DNA of 64,000 nt from an uncultured Verrucomicrobiae bacterium (GCA_963765205.1 CAVXVB010000005.1:256001-320000), one strand, 5' to 3'. Numbered from the stretch's first letter, positions 20,400-31,646 are shown. The notes: a model not told the origin generated them from the sequence alone. A program made the numbers and translations.

Positions 20400-21209
20400 A
20401 TGGACGAACCTCTTTCATCCGGCCCGGATCCCGTCCCTGAACCGGAATCCACCCCCACGCCACCCCCCGCGTTGTTTTTGGGGTCGGCGATGCCGCGAAG
20501 CGCGACCCCGGGCGTCTACCGGCCCTACCAACGTACTCCAGAGCCGGCTCCGCCTTTTTGGGCCAGTGACTGGTTCAAATTGATGATTTTCTTGCTGGTG
20601 GCGGGCGCGGCCGGCGGTTGGGCTTATTATCACTTTTTCTGGCTCTATCGTTTGCCGCAGGAACGCGACCTGACGGATTTGCAAGGCAATGTCCTGCATG
20701 TGCGCATCCTTGGGCATGACGACACCCTGCTCAAATATACGGCACCCGAATCCGAGATGGAGCGGTACCTCTCGCTCGCCGCGCTCTCGCCGCCCGACCA
20801 GGAGTTCATCGCCAAGCTCGGTTCAACGCCTCTGGCCAAATTGCCCTTTGCCTGCACGTTGACCGATTCTACCGGCCAGCAAACCACCGTTCGGGTGATG
20901 GCGCATGATAACGATTGGGCGCAATGCGCTCTCGTCGCCGACGGCTCCACGCATTATGTTTTCCTCTCCACACTCACCGCTGCGGATCAAGCGGTCGTCA
21001 GGTTGTTGCCGTCCACCCTGCGTTTTAATTTCCCGCTGGATTACTCATTAACAGGGGCGCCCGAGCCAGGCGCCAAAGTCGAGTTTATCGGTCGCAACGA
21101 AAGCACCGTGGAATATCTCGAATTGGCCGACGGCAAGAAATATTTCGCGGCCATTACCGATCTTTCCAAAGCCGACCAGTCGTTGGTCCGCGAACTGCCC
21201 CATATATGA
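20400..21209 (+). CDS. Membrane-anchored protein with three SHD1-like repeats
   Basis: One TM, then three ~60-aa repeats LT(D)...L(S/T)xxDQxx(I/V)xxL. Confidence 0.6.
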   Translation: MDEPLSSGPDPVPEPESTPTPPPALFLGSAMPRSATPGVYRPYQRTPEPAPPFWASDWFKLMIFLLVAGAAGGWAYYHFFWLYRLPQERDLTDLQGNVLHVRILGHDDTLLKYTAPESEMERYLSLAALSPPDQEFIAKLGSTPLAKLPFACTLTDSTGQQTTVRVMAHDNDWAQCALVADGSTHYVFLSTLTAADQAVVRLLPSTLRFNFPLDYSLTGAPEPGAKVEFIGRNESTVEYLELADGKKYFAAITDLSKADQSLVRELPHI

Positions 21210-22285
21210 CGGACAAGCCTCCCGGCGATCAGGATAACAATCCCGACTCGCCGGAAAATGTCGCCAAAGCCAAACTGGCCGCGGACGCTGCGAACCCCAA
21301 TGCACCCCTTAATGCAACCCAGCTTAGCACCTTGGTAATTATTGAGGGCGACTATAGCGCGGGCAGCGGCTTCGTCGCCAAAATGCACGGCGACTATTTT
21401 GTGGTAACCAATCAACACGTCCTGTCTGGCAACAAAAAATTTACGATCACCGGCATGGATGGGAGGAAATTCCCCACCGACGGTCCCCTCTATGGCGCCA
21501 CCGACTATGACGTGGCCCTCCTCAAAATCCCGGAGAGTCTGGCCAAGAACTATCTGGAAATCATGGATAACCCGGAAACGAACGCCAAAACCGGCGATCC
21601 CATCACCATCCCGGGCAATTCCCTCGGCGCGCGCGTTCCGACGCAAATCAACGGCCAGATCACCGCCATCGGCCCAGAATTGGTCGAGGTGAGCGCCCAA
21701 CTCGTGCATGGCATTAGCGGCAGCCCTATAATTGACCGCCCGGCGGGGAAAGTCGTCGGCATAGCCACCATGTCCATCACTTACAAAATGGATGCGGACA
21801 AGCGGGGCATTACAGCGGACACCCGCTGGTTCGGTTACCGGGTGGACAATATTGATCCCGACAAAGGCTGGGTGAAAATGGACTGGGCGCGTTTTCGCGA
21901 CGAGGGTCTCAAGGTTCGTGATGCCATGGATTTGTATATGTCCCTCGACGCGGTGCTCAGAGACAAGAATCCGAGCGACATTGCGAGCCCACTCGTCCAT
22001 CGGGCGATATTGGAATTCCAGTCCGAAGTCAGTTCGGCTAAAGCACGTCACAATTTGCAGGACTACCAATCGGTAATGCAGGACTTCAACCGCAAACTCC
22101 AAAACCTCGCCGATAGCGGCATCAACGAGTTGTCCAGCGCAACGTTGTATCCGTATCACACCCATATCGTGAAGGAACTCGATGACCTGCGTAAATATAT
22201 GGATGCCACCTTCGAGGACAATACCCAGGAATTCAAAAATCTCTTTGAGCCCGGACGTTCAGGACTTCAACCGCAAAGTCCGTAA
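21206..22285 (+). CDS. Trypsin-like (S1) serine protease
   Basis: GSGF, VTNQHV (His), YDVALLK (Asp), GISGSP (Ser); ATGA overlap with the upstream gene. Confidence 0.85.
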   Translation: MTDKPPGDQDNNPDSPENVAKAKLAADAANPNAPLNATQLSTLVIIEGDYSAGSGFVAKMHGDYFVVTNQHVLSGNKKFTITGMDGRKFPTDGPLYGATDYDVALLKIPESLAKNYLEIMDNPETNAKTGDPITIPGNSLGARVPTQINGQITAIGPELVEVSAQLVHGISGSPIIDRPAGKVVGIATMSITYKMDADKRGITADTRWFGYRVDNIDPDKGWVKMDWARFRDEGLKVRDAMDLYMSLDAVLRDKNPSDIASPLVHRAILEFQSEVSSAKARHNLQDYQSVMQDFNRKLQNLADSGINELSSATLYPYHTHIVKELDDLRKYMDATFEDNTQEFKNLFEPGRSGLQPQSP

Positions 22286-22430
22286 CCTAGTCCATAGTGG
22301 CGCCATCGAGTTGACCAGTGCAACGCTATATCCGTATCATGCCAAAATCGTCAAGGAGTTGAATGACTTGCGCTAATATATGGATCAAGCCTTTGAAGAT
22401 AATAGCCGGCAGTTCAACAATCTTCTGAAT
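22260..22430 (+). pseudogene. Diverged second copy of the protease 3' end, with an internal TAA
   Basis: QDFNRKVRNLVHSGAIELTSATLYPYHAKIVKELNDLR*YMDQAFEDN aligns to 22079-22249. Confidence 0.85.
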
Positions 22431-22568
22431 ATGAACAGGTGGATCGGTTAAAGGCCGACTCCGCGGTTTGCCCGGTCGCCTTTGTAAAATGTTTGGCTAT
22501 CGTCCAGTCTGGCAGGCTCCTCCCGCTGCGGGCTTGCCAAACGCTTAAAATGGGATATGTTCTTCCTC

Positions 22569-23579
22569 ATGAAAATGCGCTATACTCCCCTTGTTGCCGC
22601 CGCCTTCCTGGCCCTGCCTCTGGCCAGGGGTGCCGATGCACCCCCGGCTGATTCACCCACGATGCCCAACGCCGCCCCCCTGCCCACCCAGCCGGGTGCA
22701 GCGGCTTCCGTTCCGGTTCTCGTGCCCCTCGATTCCCCCGCCACCCCTGCGGCCAGCACCCCCGCGGCTTCGACGACGGCGCTGCCCGACCCCAAGCCGG
22801 GCGATTCACTCGACTCAGCCCTGAAAGCCCTGGGCCGGCCCAACGGCCAACTGGCCATGGCCGACCAGGTCATTTACATGTTTAGCCGCGGCACGGTGAC
22901 GACCTCGGCCAACGGCCTCGTCGAGGAAGTCAACCTCACCCCCCTGGCGAATTACCAGGCCATGAAAGCCGATGAGGCCCAGCAACAAACCGATCTGGCC
23001 GCCACCCGCGTCCGCACCAACGCCTTGCTGGAAATGCTTTTAAGCGACCCGGCCTACCAAGCCCTCGCCACGCGCGACCGCATCCTCGCGCTGGACAAAT
23101 TTAATCGCGACCACCCCGGCTCCGACGCCCCCCAAGACATCAAAGACCTGACCGCCATCTACTCGGCCGAGCAAGCCGTGCAGACGCAACTTACCGCGCT
23201 CGAAAAAAAGAACAAGCAAGCCCAGGATCAAACCACCCTGTTGCAACAACGCCTCAACGATGACGAGAAGCAACTCGCCGCGCTCCGCCAGCGCACGGAA
23301 AATGCCGAGCAGCAGGCCGCGCAAGCCGCCGCCGCGCTGCCCCAGCAAATAATTAGCGATCCCCTCGTCGTCGGCCCGACGCTCCCGGTGATGTCGCCCC
23401 CCGTGGGCAAAGCCGGCGCCAACGGCCTCGCCATCACCCCCGGCGGCCCGGTGGTTGATCAAGCCGCGCGGCCCGTCATCATCAATGGCACGGTGAAAAC
23501 CCCGTCCACCACCGGCCTCTGGGTCATGCAACCCGACGGCACCATCAAAATCCTCCCCCCGGCCCCGGAGTCGAATTGA
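22569..23579 (+). CDS. Secreted coiled-coil hypothetical protein
   Basis: Signal peptide, Pro/Ala linker, Gln-rich heptads; TTGCCA-N16-TATGTT just upstream. Confidence 0.65.
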   Translation: MKMRYTPLVAAAFLALPLARGADAPPADSPTMPNAAPLPTQPGAAASVPVLVPLDSPATPAASTPAASTTALPDPKPGDSLDSALKALGRPNGQLAMADQVIYMFSRGTVTTSANGLVEEVNLTPLANYQAMKADEAQQQTDLAATRVRTNALLEMLLSDPAYQALATRDRILALDKFNRDHPGSDAPQDIKDLTAIYSAEQAVQTQLTALEKKNKQAQDQTTLLQQRLNDDEKQLAALRQRTENAEQQAAQAAAALPQQIISDPLVVGPTLPVMSPPVGKAGANGLAITPGGPVVDQAARPVIINGTVKTPSTTGLWVMQPDGTIKILPPAPESN

Positions 23580-23586
23580 GGCAACA

Positions 23587-23617
23587 AGTGTGAAGGGTGG
23601 AGTGTGGAGGGTGGAGT
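23587..23617. repeat. Single heptamer array (AGTGTGG/AGGGTGG)
   Basis: AGTGTGA AGGGTGG AGTGTGG AGGGTGG. Confidence 0.7.
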
Positions 23618-23716
23618 AGTGAAAACCGCCCTTATCCGGTAGCAAAATAATTTCTTGCGGGGTAAACTGAAACTCGATGGGATTGAAGAGGTTTTTAGTG
23701 ATGGCTCGTTCTGTTT

Positions 23717-25189
23717 ATGAAAACATCCCGGAAGCTCATTGCTGGTATTCTGGGGGTGGCATTGCTGGCCGGCCTGGCCGTCAATGCTGCGGCGGACTCC
23801 GGCGGCGGTGCAAATCCTCCTGCGGCGACACAAAGTTCAGGAATTCCAACTGCAGTCCAACACCCGCCAACGGGGCAACCGGCCAAGGGGCTGCATTTCG
23901 CCGCCGTGTCCGTGATGGCCGACTATAATATCTCTGATATCGAAAAGCTTTTCGCAAGCGGGAACCTGGATGCCGTGGCCACGTTCTCGCGTGATTATGT
24001 TCCCAAAGATGCAGACATGGTGACTATCAGCCGGGTGGCGGCGCTGGGCCCGGTGCAAGCCGGTTCATTCGAGGCGCGCTTTCTGAGTTTTAGTGCGCAG
24101 GGGCGCGTTCGCATAGTTCTCTGGCTCAAGTCTGTTCCCGGCGGGACCGACCTGATTTACCCGGAGGGGGACAATCGGGACATCGAGGGGTTGGCCGGAT
24201 CGCAAAAAGACACGCTTTACACGGTGCCTAATTTTCTGGCCATCCTGCGAGCGTCTGACGCTAAATATCAGCAAGCCCGGCAGGACAGCGTTGAAAAAAG
24301 GACGGCGATGATTGCCGAAAACCAGCGCAAGGCGACCAGCGGCGAAGACACGACCACCGTACGGCTCAAGGCTCTACAAACTGCGCTGAATACGGCGCTG
24401 ACAACTCTCCAGCAAGCGCCGGACTCCGCTAAAGAATTCTTTGCCCAAACCATCTCTGATTTGGGGGTGGCGCAAGCCGATGTGGCGCAGGGTCTGGACT
24501 ATGTCAAAGCCCATCCCGAGGCGGATAAACTAACGCCACCTCCCCAGGATGAGATTGAACGGTCTGATGGATCGCTAACGGATAATTTAGGAGGATGGGT
24601 AGAAAGCGGCCTTATTCGGAGCGTCAACAATAGTGTGTTCCCCATCCTGCCTGCCGCGGTCAAGGCCATGGGGAGATGCCTTACTGATTTTATCGGCCAG
24701 CCTACTTTGGGCATTGCTGTCATAGGAGAACTTGGTGGACAGCGCGATATGATCATGCGCGACGTGGCCGCCGCCGAAAATACCCTGGCCACTGCCAACC
24801 AAAATTTCATGGTCACGGTGAATGGACACCCACCTCCGGCAGTTTTGAACATCCCGGCGAATCCTTTGAAGGGGGCTTGCTCGCTTTCCGGCAGCGTGGT
24901 GCATTCGGACGGCCGCCCCGGCGCGGACGCCGTGGTCACCTTCATGGTAGTTGATTCGCTCAACTTTGGCAAAAATCCTTCGGATTCCAAGCGCGGCCGA
25001 TTGAGTGCCTCACTTCCCGGCGCCATCGCGGATAAAAACGGGGCTTTTACGATTCGAAACCTGTCGCCGGGATTTTACACCGTCACGACGGGTAGTAGCA
25101 TTAGGGTAGTCATTGAGGTAAAGGAAGGAACCGAGACCAAACTGCCCATGCCGCTCATCCTTCGACATGGTGGCTTGGGAGGAGGATAG
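23717..25189 (+). CDS. Secreted hypothetical protein with a C-terminal carboxypeptidase-regulatory-like domain
   Basis: Signal peptide; LSGSVVHSDGRPGADAVV...ADKNGAFTIRNLSPGFYTV. Confidence 0.65.
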   Translation: MKTSRKLIAGILGVALLAGLAVNAAADSGGGANPPAATQSSGIPTAVQHPPTGQPAKGLHFAAVSVMADYNISDIEKLFASGNLDAVATFSRDYVPKDADMVTISRVAALGPVQAGSFEARFLSFSAQGRVRIVLWLKSVPGGTDLIYPEGDNRDIEGLAGSQKDTLYTVPNFLAILRASDAKYQQARQDSVEKRTAMIAENQRKATSGEDTTTVRLKALQTALNTALTTLQQAPDSAKEFFAQTISDLGVAQADVAQGLDYVKAHPEADKLTPPPQDEIERSDGSLTDNLGGWVESGLIRSVNNSVFPILPAAVKAMGRCLTDFIGQPTLGIAVIGELGGQRDMIMRDVAAAENTLATANQNFMVTVNGHPPPAVLNIPANPLKGACSLSGSVVHSDGRPGADAVVTFMVVDSLNFGKNPSDSKRGRLSASLPGAIADKNGAFTIRNLSPGFYTVTTGSSIRVVIEVKEGTETKLPMPLILRHGGLGGG

Positions 25190-25268
25190 ATTGGCGCCTG
25201 AAATTGAGCGTAATAACATCCATTCTGATTTCTTCAGATTATCAGTCCGATGCTTTAGTTGAGCGCGC

Positions 25269-27482
25269 TCACGTTTTTTCATCCATCGTGATCATGTCCA
25301 CGGGGACGTTGGTGAGGGATTCGAGGATCGAGGAGAGGCCTTCCTTGACCTTGAGCATGGTGTCCTGGTGGAGGGTCTTCATGCTGCCGCGCATGGCCAT
25401 GCGCTTGAGCACGGCCGTCTCCGCCTTTTGGTTGATGCCGCGCGTCAGCTCCTCGGAATTGGCCATGAGTTCGTGGATGCCGACGCGGCCTTTGTAGCCC
25501 TTGCCGCCGCAGGTGGGGCAGCCTTCGGGGTTGGCCTTGAAAATTTTTCCGCTCCAGCCGATGGCTTTTTCCATGATTTCTTTTTCATTGCCCTCGGGTT
25601 CGTAGGGGATTTTGCAAGTCTTGCACAGGCGACGCTGCAGGCGCTGGGCGCACACGCACACCATTGAGGCGGAAATCATGAATGGCTCGACTTCCATGTC
25701 GGTCAGGCGCGCGACCGTCGAAGGCGCGTCATTGGTGTGGAGCGTTGAAAGGAGCAAGTGACCGGTCAGGGCGGCCTCGATGGCGATTTCGGCCGTTTCC
25801 TGGTCGCGGATTTCCCCGACCAGCACGATGTCCGGGTCCATGCGCAAGTAGGCGCGCAGGGCGCGGGCGAAGGTGAGGCCAATTTGCTTGTGCATCTGCA
25901 TCTGGTTGATGCCGGGGATGGTATATTCGATGGGGTCTTCCGCCGTCTGGATGTTGATCGTCGGGTCGGCAATTTCGCGCAGGGCGGAGAACAGGGTCAT
26001 GGACTTGCCGGAGCCGGTCGGGCCGCAGTGCAGGATCATTCCGTAAGGCTGCTGAATGCAGTCGCGGTAGAGCTTCAGGTTTTCCTCGGAAAAGCCCAGC
26101 GCGGTGATGGGCAGCGCGGCCTTCGTCTTGTCGAGAATACGCATGACGATCTTCTCGCCGAAGTTCATCGGCCCGGTGGCCACGCGCAGGTCAATATCAA
26201 TATTGCGCTTGGTGTATTTTTTGAAGACAATGCGGCCGTCCTGCGGCAGGCGCTTCTCGGCAATGTCCAGCTCGGCCATCACCTTGTAGCGGGCGGAGAG
26301 GGCGCCGGCCACCGCCTTGGGCAGGCGGAGTTTTTCCGCGCACACGCCGTCCACCCGGTAACGCACCACCAATTCGTTTTCCTGCGGCTCGATGTGAATG
26401 TCGGACGCGCCGGAAACGTAGGCATCCTCGACGATGCGGTTGGCCAGCTGGATGACCGGCGCGGAATCCTCGTCGTCGAGGCCGTCGCTCTCGCCGGCTT
26501 TCTCGCCGCTGCCGCCGCCGATGCCGAATTCCGCCCCGATCACGTCGGCGATTTGGGCAATGCCTTCGCTGGCGACCGGGATGGTGGCCTTCTCCTCCTT
26601 GAAAAAGCGTTTGAGCAATTTGTCAATATACGACGCCGGCGCGACGGAAACCTCGTCCAGGGCCAGCTCGGTGGCGCGCGAGAAGGCCTCGCGCTTCTGG
26701 AAATCAAGCGGGTTGGTCATCAGCGCCGCGATGGCGGTGGGCGTGATGCGCCGCGTCGGGAAAACGCCCTCGCGCCGGATGATGGCGTCGCCCACCACTT
26801 CGACGAGCTTGTCGTCAATCTGGATGTCCTCCTCGCCGGTGACCAGCGGGTTGCCGGTGTATTTCGAGATGAAGCGCGCGGTGTCGAGGTCGCTGATCTG
26901 AAATTTCGGGTCGAGAAAACGTTGCAGCAACGGCGATGAATAATCGGCCACTTCCTGGAGCAAAACCAGGTCCTGCTCGACGAATTCCTGCTGGCGCGCA
27001 CTGGGCTCTTTATTCAGCACTTGGATGGCGCCAATGTTTTTGCCGGTGCCCTTCAGTGGCACCGTCACCATCGTTCGCACCTCGAATCCGGTGTCTTTGG
27101 CGAGGTTGACCATGGGGCGCGAGCGGCCCTTCGTGTAGCCGAAGAACGAGGGCGTGCCGGTTTCGATTACCCTGCCCACCATGCTGGTGTTGCCCACGGG
27201 AATTTTGAGCTTGAGCAATTTCTCGCGCTTGTCCGCAAATTCCTTTTCACGCTGCAACTCCTTCGCCCACAACGTCGGCGAATAATACACATGCTTGAAG
27301 CAAATATCATTGCCCTCGACCAGGTAGAGGGTCATGGACTGCGCCTCGAGCGCTTCCACGACTTTCGCCGCCGTCAACTCGATGACGGATTGCACGTCCT
27401 CCCGCGTTGGCTGAGGCTTCGAGAGAACCTTGAGCAGCAACGTCTTGCGTAAAACGCTGGAAATACCAGACTGGGTGGCCAT
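25269..27482 (-). CDS. GAF domain fused to a PilB/GspE secretion ATPase
   Basis: [60 protein letters not shown], two CxxC. Confidence 0.92.
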   Translation of the reverse strand: MATQSGISSVLRKTLLLKVLSKPQPTREDVQSVIELTAAKVVEALEAQSMTLYLVEGNDICFKHVYYSPTLWAKELQREKEFADKREKLLKLKIPVGNTSMVGRVIETGTPSFFGYTKGRSRPMVNLAKDTGFEVRTMVTVPLKGTGKNIGAIQVLNKEPSARQQEFVEQDLVLLQEVADYSSPLLQRFLDPKFQISDLDTARFISKYTGNPLVTGEEDIQIDDKLVEVVGDAIIRREGVFPTRRITPTAIAALMTNPLDFQKREAFSRATELALDEVSVAPASYIDKLLKRFFKEEKATIPVASEGIAQIADVIGAEFGIGGGSGEKAGESDGLDDEDSAPVIQLANRIVEDAYVSGASDIHIEPQENELVVRYRVDGVCAEKLRLPKAVAGALSARYKVMAELDIAEKRLPQDGRIVFKKYTKRNIDIDLRVATGPMNFGEKIVMRILDKTKAALPITALGFSEENLKLYRDCIQQPYGMILHCGPTGSGKSMTLFSALREIADPTINIQTAEDPIEYTIPGINQMQMHKQIGLTFARALRAYLRMDPDIVLVGEIRDQETAEIAIEAALTGHLLLSTLHTNDAPSTVARLTDMEVEPFMISASMVCVCAQRLQRRLCKTCKIPYEPEGNEKEIMEKAIGWSGKIFKANPEGCPTCGGKGYKGRVGIHELMANSEELTRGINQKAETAVLKRMAMRGSMKTLHQDTMLKVKEGLSSILESLTNVPVDMITMDEKT

Positions 27483-27694
27483 AGGGGAAATACAGCTAAT
27501 ACAGGGTTTCGCGCCAGAAATAAACCGAAAAAGATTCCCTTGCCCCGCCCTGCGCCGGCCACTGGGCATGGCCCAGGGTGATGTAGCCCAATTTTGATAG
27601 AAGGTGCGGTAGCCATGGCCCGGTCCTGGATTTTGCTCCATATAATGGGCAAAACCATTTTCTCCTCGGGGAATCAGGGGTTCCGTGGCGCTGG

Positions 27695-27765
27695 CTCAGG
27701 TTAAACCCGGAGACAGGTGGGGTGCGGAACTTCCCGGGCCTCAGGCCATTCGGGCCGCCGTCATC
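27695..27765 (+). ncRNA. Possible degenerate cyclic-dinucleotide (GEMM-I-like) riboswitch
   Basis: TAAACC, GAGA-capped stem, GGGGTGCGGAA...GGGCCTC...CGGGCCGCCG; matched by eye only. Confidence 0.25.
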
Positions 27766-27859
27766 AGGCTAATTGACGGGTCGGCTTCGGGCAAATTTAC
27801 GACGGAATTACCCAATCGCACCGATACCGAAAAAAGACCCGTGGAAGTAGCTTGCGGGC

Positions 27860-28390
27860 ATGAAAGCCACGCAACATCTCCCCGCCGGAAATGCCATCCG
27901 GAACCGGATTCTCTCCCTGGCCACGGCCCTTTGCCTCACCATTGGCGCCCTCGCCCCCTTGGCCGCCCACGCCGGCGCCCCCAGCAGCGGCGTCCCTTTC
28001 GCGGATGTTTTGGCTGACGCCCGCAAAGTCGCCGAGTTGAACACCGGCTGGAAGGTTTTCAAAGTCGAGGGCCAGTCCATGGAACCGCATTTTGGCGAAA
28101 ACTCCCTGTTATTGGCCGCCCGCACGGATTTCAAGGATCTCCACGCCGGCATGTTGGTCGTTTACCAGGACGCCACCGGCGACCTCGTCGCCCACCGCAT
28201 CATCGAATGCACTCCGCAGGGTTGGATCGCCAAGGGCTTCAACAACGACAAAGTGGACCCGAATTTGGTCACCTCCGGCAATTTGCAAGGCGTCGTCTTC
28301 GGCATCTTTAATTATAAAAGCGGGACGGATCGCCCCACCCTGGCCACCGCCCAAAATAATCCTCCGGTGGCGTTTGCCAAGACCTATTAG
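27860..28390 (+). CDS. S26/S24 signal peptidase I-like protein (Ser-His, SipW-like)
   Basis: VEGQSMEP, VAHRII, KGFNNDKVDP. Confidence 0.75.
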   Translation: MKATQHLPAGNAIRNRILSLATALCLTIGALAPLAAHAGAPSSGVPFADVLADARKVAELNTGWKVFKVEGQSMEPHFGENSLLLAARTDFKDLHAGMLVVYQDATGDLVAHRIIECTPQGWIAKGFNNDKVDPNLVTSGNLQGVVFGIFNYKSGTDRPTLATAQNNPPVAFAKTY

Positions 28391-28418
28391 GCAGAGTGAA
28401 GGAGACAAAATACAGACC

Positions 28419-28456
28419 GAGGCCGGGCGTGGCAGCGCCCGGCCTCACTCATTTTT
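28419..28456 (+). terminator. Probable intrinsic terminator
   Basis: GAGGCCGGGCG-TGGCAG-CGCCCGGCCTC followed by ACTCATTTTT. Confidence 0.55.
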
Positions 28457-28586
28457 GCCGTCGGCGTTGCGTTTTTTTCACGAAAGGAATAAAGTTGATT
28501 TCAACCGGGACGATCTCTAGACCAAGTCACGGTTTTATCATCATGCAGGCAGTCCACCCCGGATTGCCGCTTTTCCTTATTCTCCC

Positions 28587-30066
28587 ATGAGCGACCCCGC
28601 CCCCCAAACACCCGCCCCCGCACCCGCCGCTGGCGCCCCGCCCGCCGCCCCCGCCCCGGAGGCGCCCAAATTCAAGGAATATGCTTTGAAGGATCTCGAC
28701 CCGCGCCTCCAACGCTATATTGAGCAGGCCGACAAGGCCGTGGAGAAAAATCCCCAGAACGCCATTGACCTGTGCAGCGGCATCCTGGCGCAAAACCCCG
28801 GTGCGCTGGACGCCCGCAAGGTTTTGCGCAAAGCGCAAAGGAAATTGATGCCCGCGCAAAAGGGCATGACCAAGTTTTTGACGGGGATCACGAACAGCCC
28901 GTTTGCGTTCAAGTCGAGTTCGCAAATCAAGACCGACCCCAAAGCCGTGCTCGAAGCGGCCGAAAAACTACTCTCAACCAACCCGTCCAACATCACTGCC
29001 CTGCGCATGGCCGGCCAGGCCGCCGAAGCCATGGGACTGTGGGGCACCGCCGCCCTGGCCTACGACAACATCCGCGAGGTCAAGGAAGAACACCGGCAAC
29101 CTTTTGTCCCTCGGCTACGCCCTCATTCAATATGGCCAGCCCAAGGAGGCCATCAAGTGGGGCGAGCGCATCCTTGAGTTGCAGCCCGGCAATGGCGACG
29201 CGCAGGCGTTGCTCCGCCAAGCCTCCGTCGCCATCACCATGGATAAAGGCAAATGGGATGATCAGGGCGACTTCCGCCAAAAACTCGCCGACAAGGACAA
29301 AGCCGCCGAACTCGAGCAGCAAGCCCGCCTGGCCAATGACCCCGAAACGCTCGGCCGGCTCATCAACAAACTCGCCGATACCATTTCCCGCGAACCGGAA
29401 AACATCAACCTCTACCGCGACATCATCGGCTACCTGCGCCAGTTGCACCGTTATGAAGATGCGCTCGCCTGGGTCAAAAAGGCCCGCCAACAACCGCTGG
29501 GTCGCGCCGACACCACCTTGGAAAAGCTCGAAAGCGACATGACCGTCGCGATGATGCGCACCAAGCTCAAGGCGCTCGAGGCCCTCGTCGTCACCGACCC
29601 CTCCCGCCAAGGCGAGCTGGATGCGCTCCGCAAGTCGGACCTCGAATTCCGCGTGCAACAGGCCAAGACACTCGTGGACAAATACCCGAATGACTACGGC
29701 TACCGCTTCGACTACGGCACCTTGTTGTATGACATCGGCCAGTATGACCTCGCCATCCGCGAGTTGCAACAGGCGCGCCGCAACCCCAAGGTCTCCCACA
29801 AGGCGATGCTGTTCCTCGGGCGGTCCTACCGCGCGAAGAAAATCTACGACCTCGCCATCGAGGTACTCGGGGCCGCCCGCAACGAAATGCCGGTCATGAA
29901 CGACCTCAAAAAGGAAATCATTTATGAACTGGCGGAGTGCTACCGCGGCAACGGCAACACCGAAAAGGCCGTCGAGGAATTCAAGAACATCTACGCCAAC
30001 GATATTGACTACCGTGATGTCTCCAAAATCATCAATAAATTTTATGAGACAAAGACGCTGGACTAG
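28587..30066 (+). CDS. TPR-repeat protein, frameshift near 29085
   Basis: TPR-like helices continue from ORF 28587 into ORF 28903-30066. Confidence 0.75.
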
Positions 30067-30604
30067 GGGCGGGTGGGCCGGTCGGCGGGCTCAGGTGTGT
30101 GCTTGGGCCGCGGGGGCAGTGCTGACCTTCTGGCTGGGCGCCATCACGCCCGTGCTGGCGCAGGCGGACAAAGGCATTATCAGCGAACGGATTGACCGTC
30201 TCCAGGGCGCGCAAGCCCAACAGGCCGCGCAGCAAAAAGCCGAAGTCGAGCCGTGGTCGCCCGCCAAGATCGTCATCAATCTGGACGCCCGCTGCCCCGT
30301 GGTCACCGCCTTGGGCTATTTTGGCGCTTTCGCCACGACGGACGCGGATCCCGCGAAGGCCGCCGAGTTGCTGTCCCGCTACGCGGAATTGCAGAAAACC
30401 GCCCAACCCATCGCTGACGAGTTGAAGAAAATGGCCGTGGGCAACACCTTCGTCGGCACGAAATTTCCGGATTCACTGAACCAGCGCCTCGGCGTTTTAT
30501 GCGGGACGCTGTATGGCGAAGTATTAAAACTCTATGGCGATGCCGGACTGGCCGAGTTGAAACAATATGTGGCCGAGCAATCGCAGGGGTCGGTGGTGAA
30601 GTAA
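30044..30604 (+). CDS. Secreted hypothetical protein
   Basis: Signal-like TPVLA-QAD; GC3-biased codons; start uncertain. Confidence 0.55.
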   Translation: MRQRRWTRGGWAGRRAQVCAWAAGAVLTFWLGAITPVLAQADKGIISERIDRLQGAQAQQAAQQKAEVEPWSPAKIVINLDARCPVVTALGYFGAFATTDADPAKAAELLSRYAELQKTAQPIADELKKMAVGNTFVGTKFPDSLNQRLGVLCGTLYGEVLKLYGDAGLAELKQYVAEQSQGSVVK

Positions 30605-30731
30605 GAAGTAAGAAGTTAGAAGTATTTGCGCCGAAGGATTCTTTTCTTTGCAAAGTCCAGCTTCTTAACTTTTCGGCACTAAATTAGAACATGCTTGCCG
30701 GTCTTGATTCTAACTTCTAGCTTCCAGTTCC
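30600..30731. repeat. Inverted heptamer arrays (AGTAAGA / TTCTAAC)
   Basis: AGTAAGA AGTAAGA AGTTAGA ... TTCTAAC TTCTAGC TTCCAGT; the left arm contains the upstream stop codon. Confidence 0.75.
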
Positions 30732-30757
30732 TGTCTTCCTACCGCCTCCTTCCCCCC

Positions 30758-31570
30758 ATGCCCACCGTCATTCATCCGACTGCGATTATCGAGCCCGGGG
30801 CGTCGCTGGATGAAGGCGCATCCGTCGGCGCCTATGCCTACGTTGGGCCCGAGGTGCGACTCGGCGCAGGCACGCGGCTGCACCACCACGCCTGTGTCGA
30901 AGGCTTTACCCAATTGGGGCGCGACAACGAGGTCTTCCCCTTTGCCCTCATTGGCTCGCAAACCCACGATTTGAAGTTCCGCGGTGGGCGGCCGGGCCTG
31001 CGCACGGGCGCGCGCAATGTTTTCCGCGAGTATGTCACCGTTCACACCGCCACCAGCGACGGCGGGTTCACCGTGCTTGGGGATGACAACGTTTTGCTCG
31101 CTTACAGCCATATCGCGCACGATTGCATCGTGGGCAGCCATTTGGTGATGAGCAGCCATGCGGCGCTCGCCGGGCATGTGGTGCTGGGTAACCATGTTAA
31201 CATAGGCTGGAATGCCGGCATCCACCAATTCTGCCGGTTGGGCGCGCACAGCATGGCCGGCGCCTGCGCCAAGGTCGTGCAAGACGTGCCGCCCTGCATG
31301 ATTGCCGACGGCAATCCCGCCACCGTGCGCACCATCAACAAAGTCGGTCTCGAACGATCCGGGTTTTCCCCCGACGACGTGGCGCTGGCCCGGGCCATCT
31401 ATAAAATTCTTTACCGCGAAGGACTCAACCGCACCCAGGCGGTCGAGCGCTTGCGGGCCCATGCGCAGGCGGCCCATCCGCTGGTGGCCTCGGTGGTGGA
31501 TTTTATCCTGCAAAGTGAGCGCGGCCTCGCCTCGGGCGCGGAACGCGGTCTGGACGCGGACCGGACATAA
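30758..31570 (+). CDS. lpxA: Acyl-ACP--UDP-GlcNAc O-acyltransferase
   Basis: IHPTAII hexapeptide repeats, [21 protein letters not shown]. Confidence 0.95.
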   Translation: MPTVIHPTAIIEPGASLDEGASVGAYAYVGPEVRLGAGTRLHHHACVEGFTQLGRDNEVFPFALIGSQTHDLKFRGGRPGLRTGARNVFREYVTVHTATSDGGFTVLGDDNVLLAYSHIAHDCIVGSHLVMSSHAALAGHVVLGNHVNIGWNAGIHQFCRLGAHSMAGACAKVVQDVPPCMIADGNPATVRTINKVGLERSGFSPDDVALARAIYKILYREGLNRTQAVERLRAHAQAAHPLVASVVDFILQSERGLASGAERGLDADRT

Positions 31571-31646
31571 GGTGGGCTTTCCCCCAAGGCCTTACCATGA
31601 CGCGCCTCCTTGGCCCGGCGCTTTTGCGATTGGGCGGTGAATCGAT

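Noticed and set aside
22079..22430. Diversity-generating retroelement TR/VR pair
   Set aside because: Differences are not adenine-specific, many are synonymous, and no reverse transcriptase is in the window
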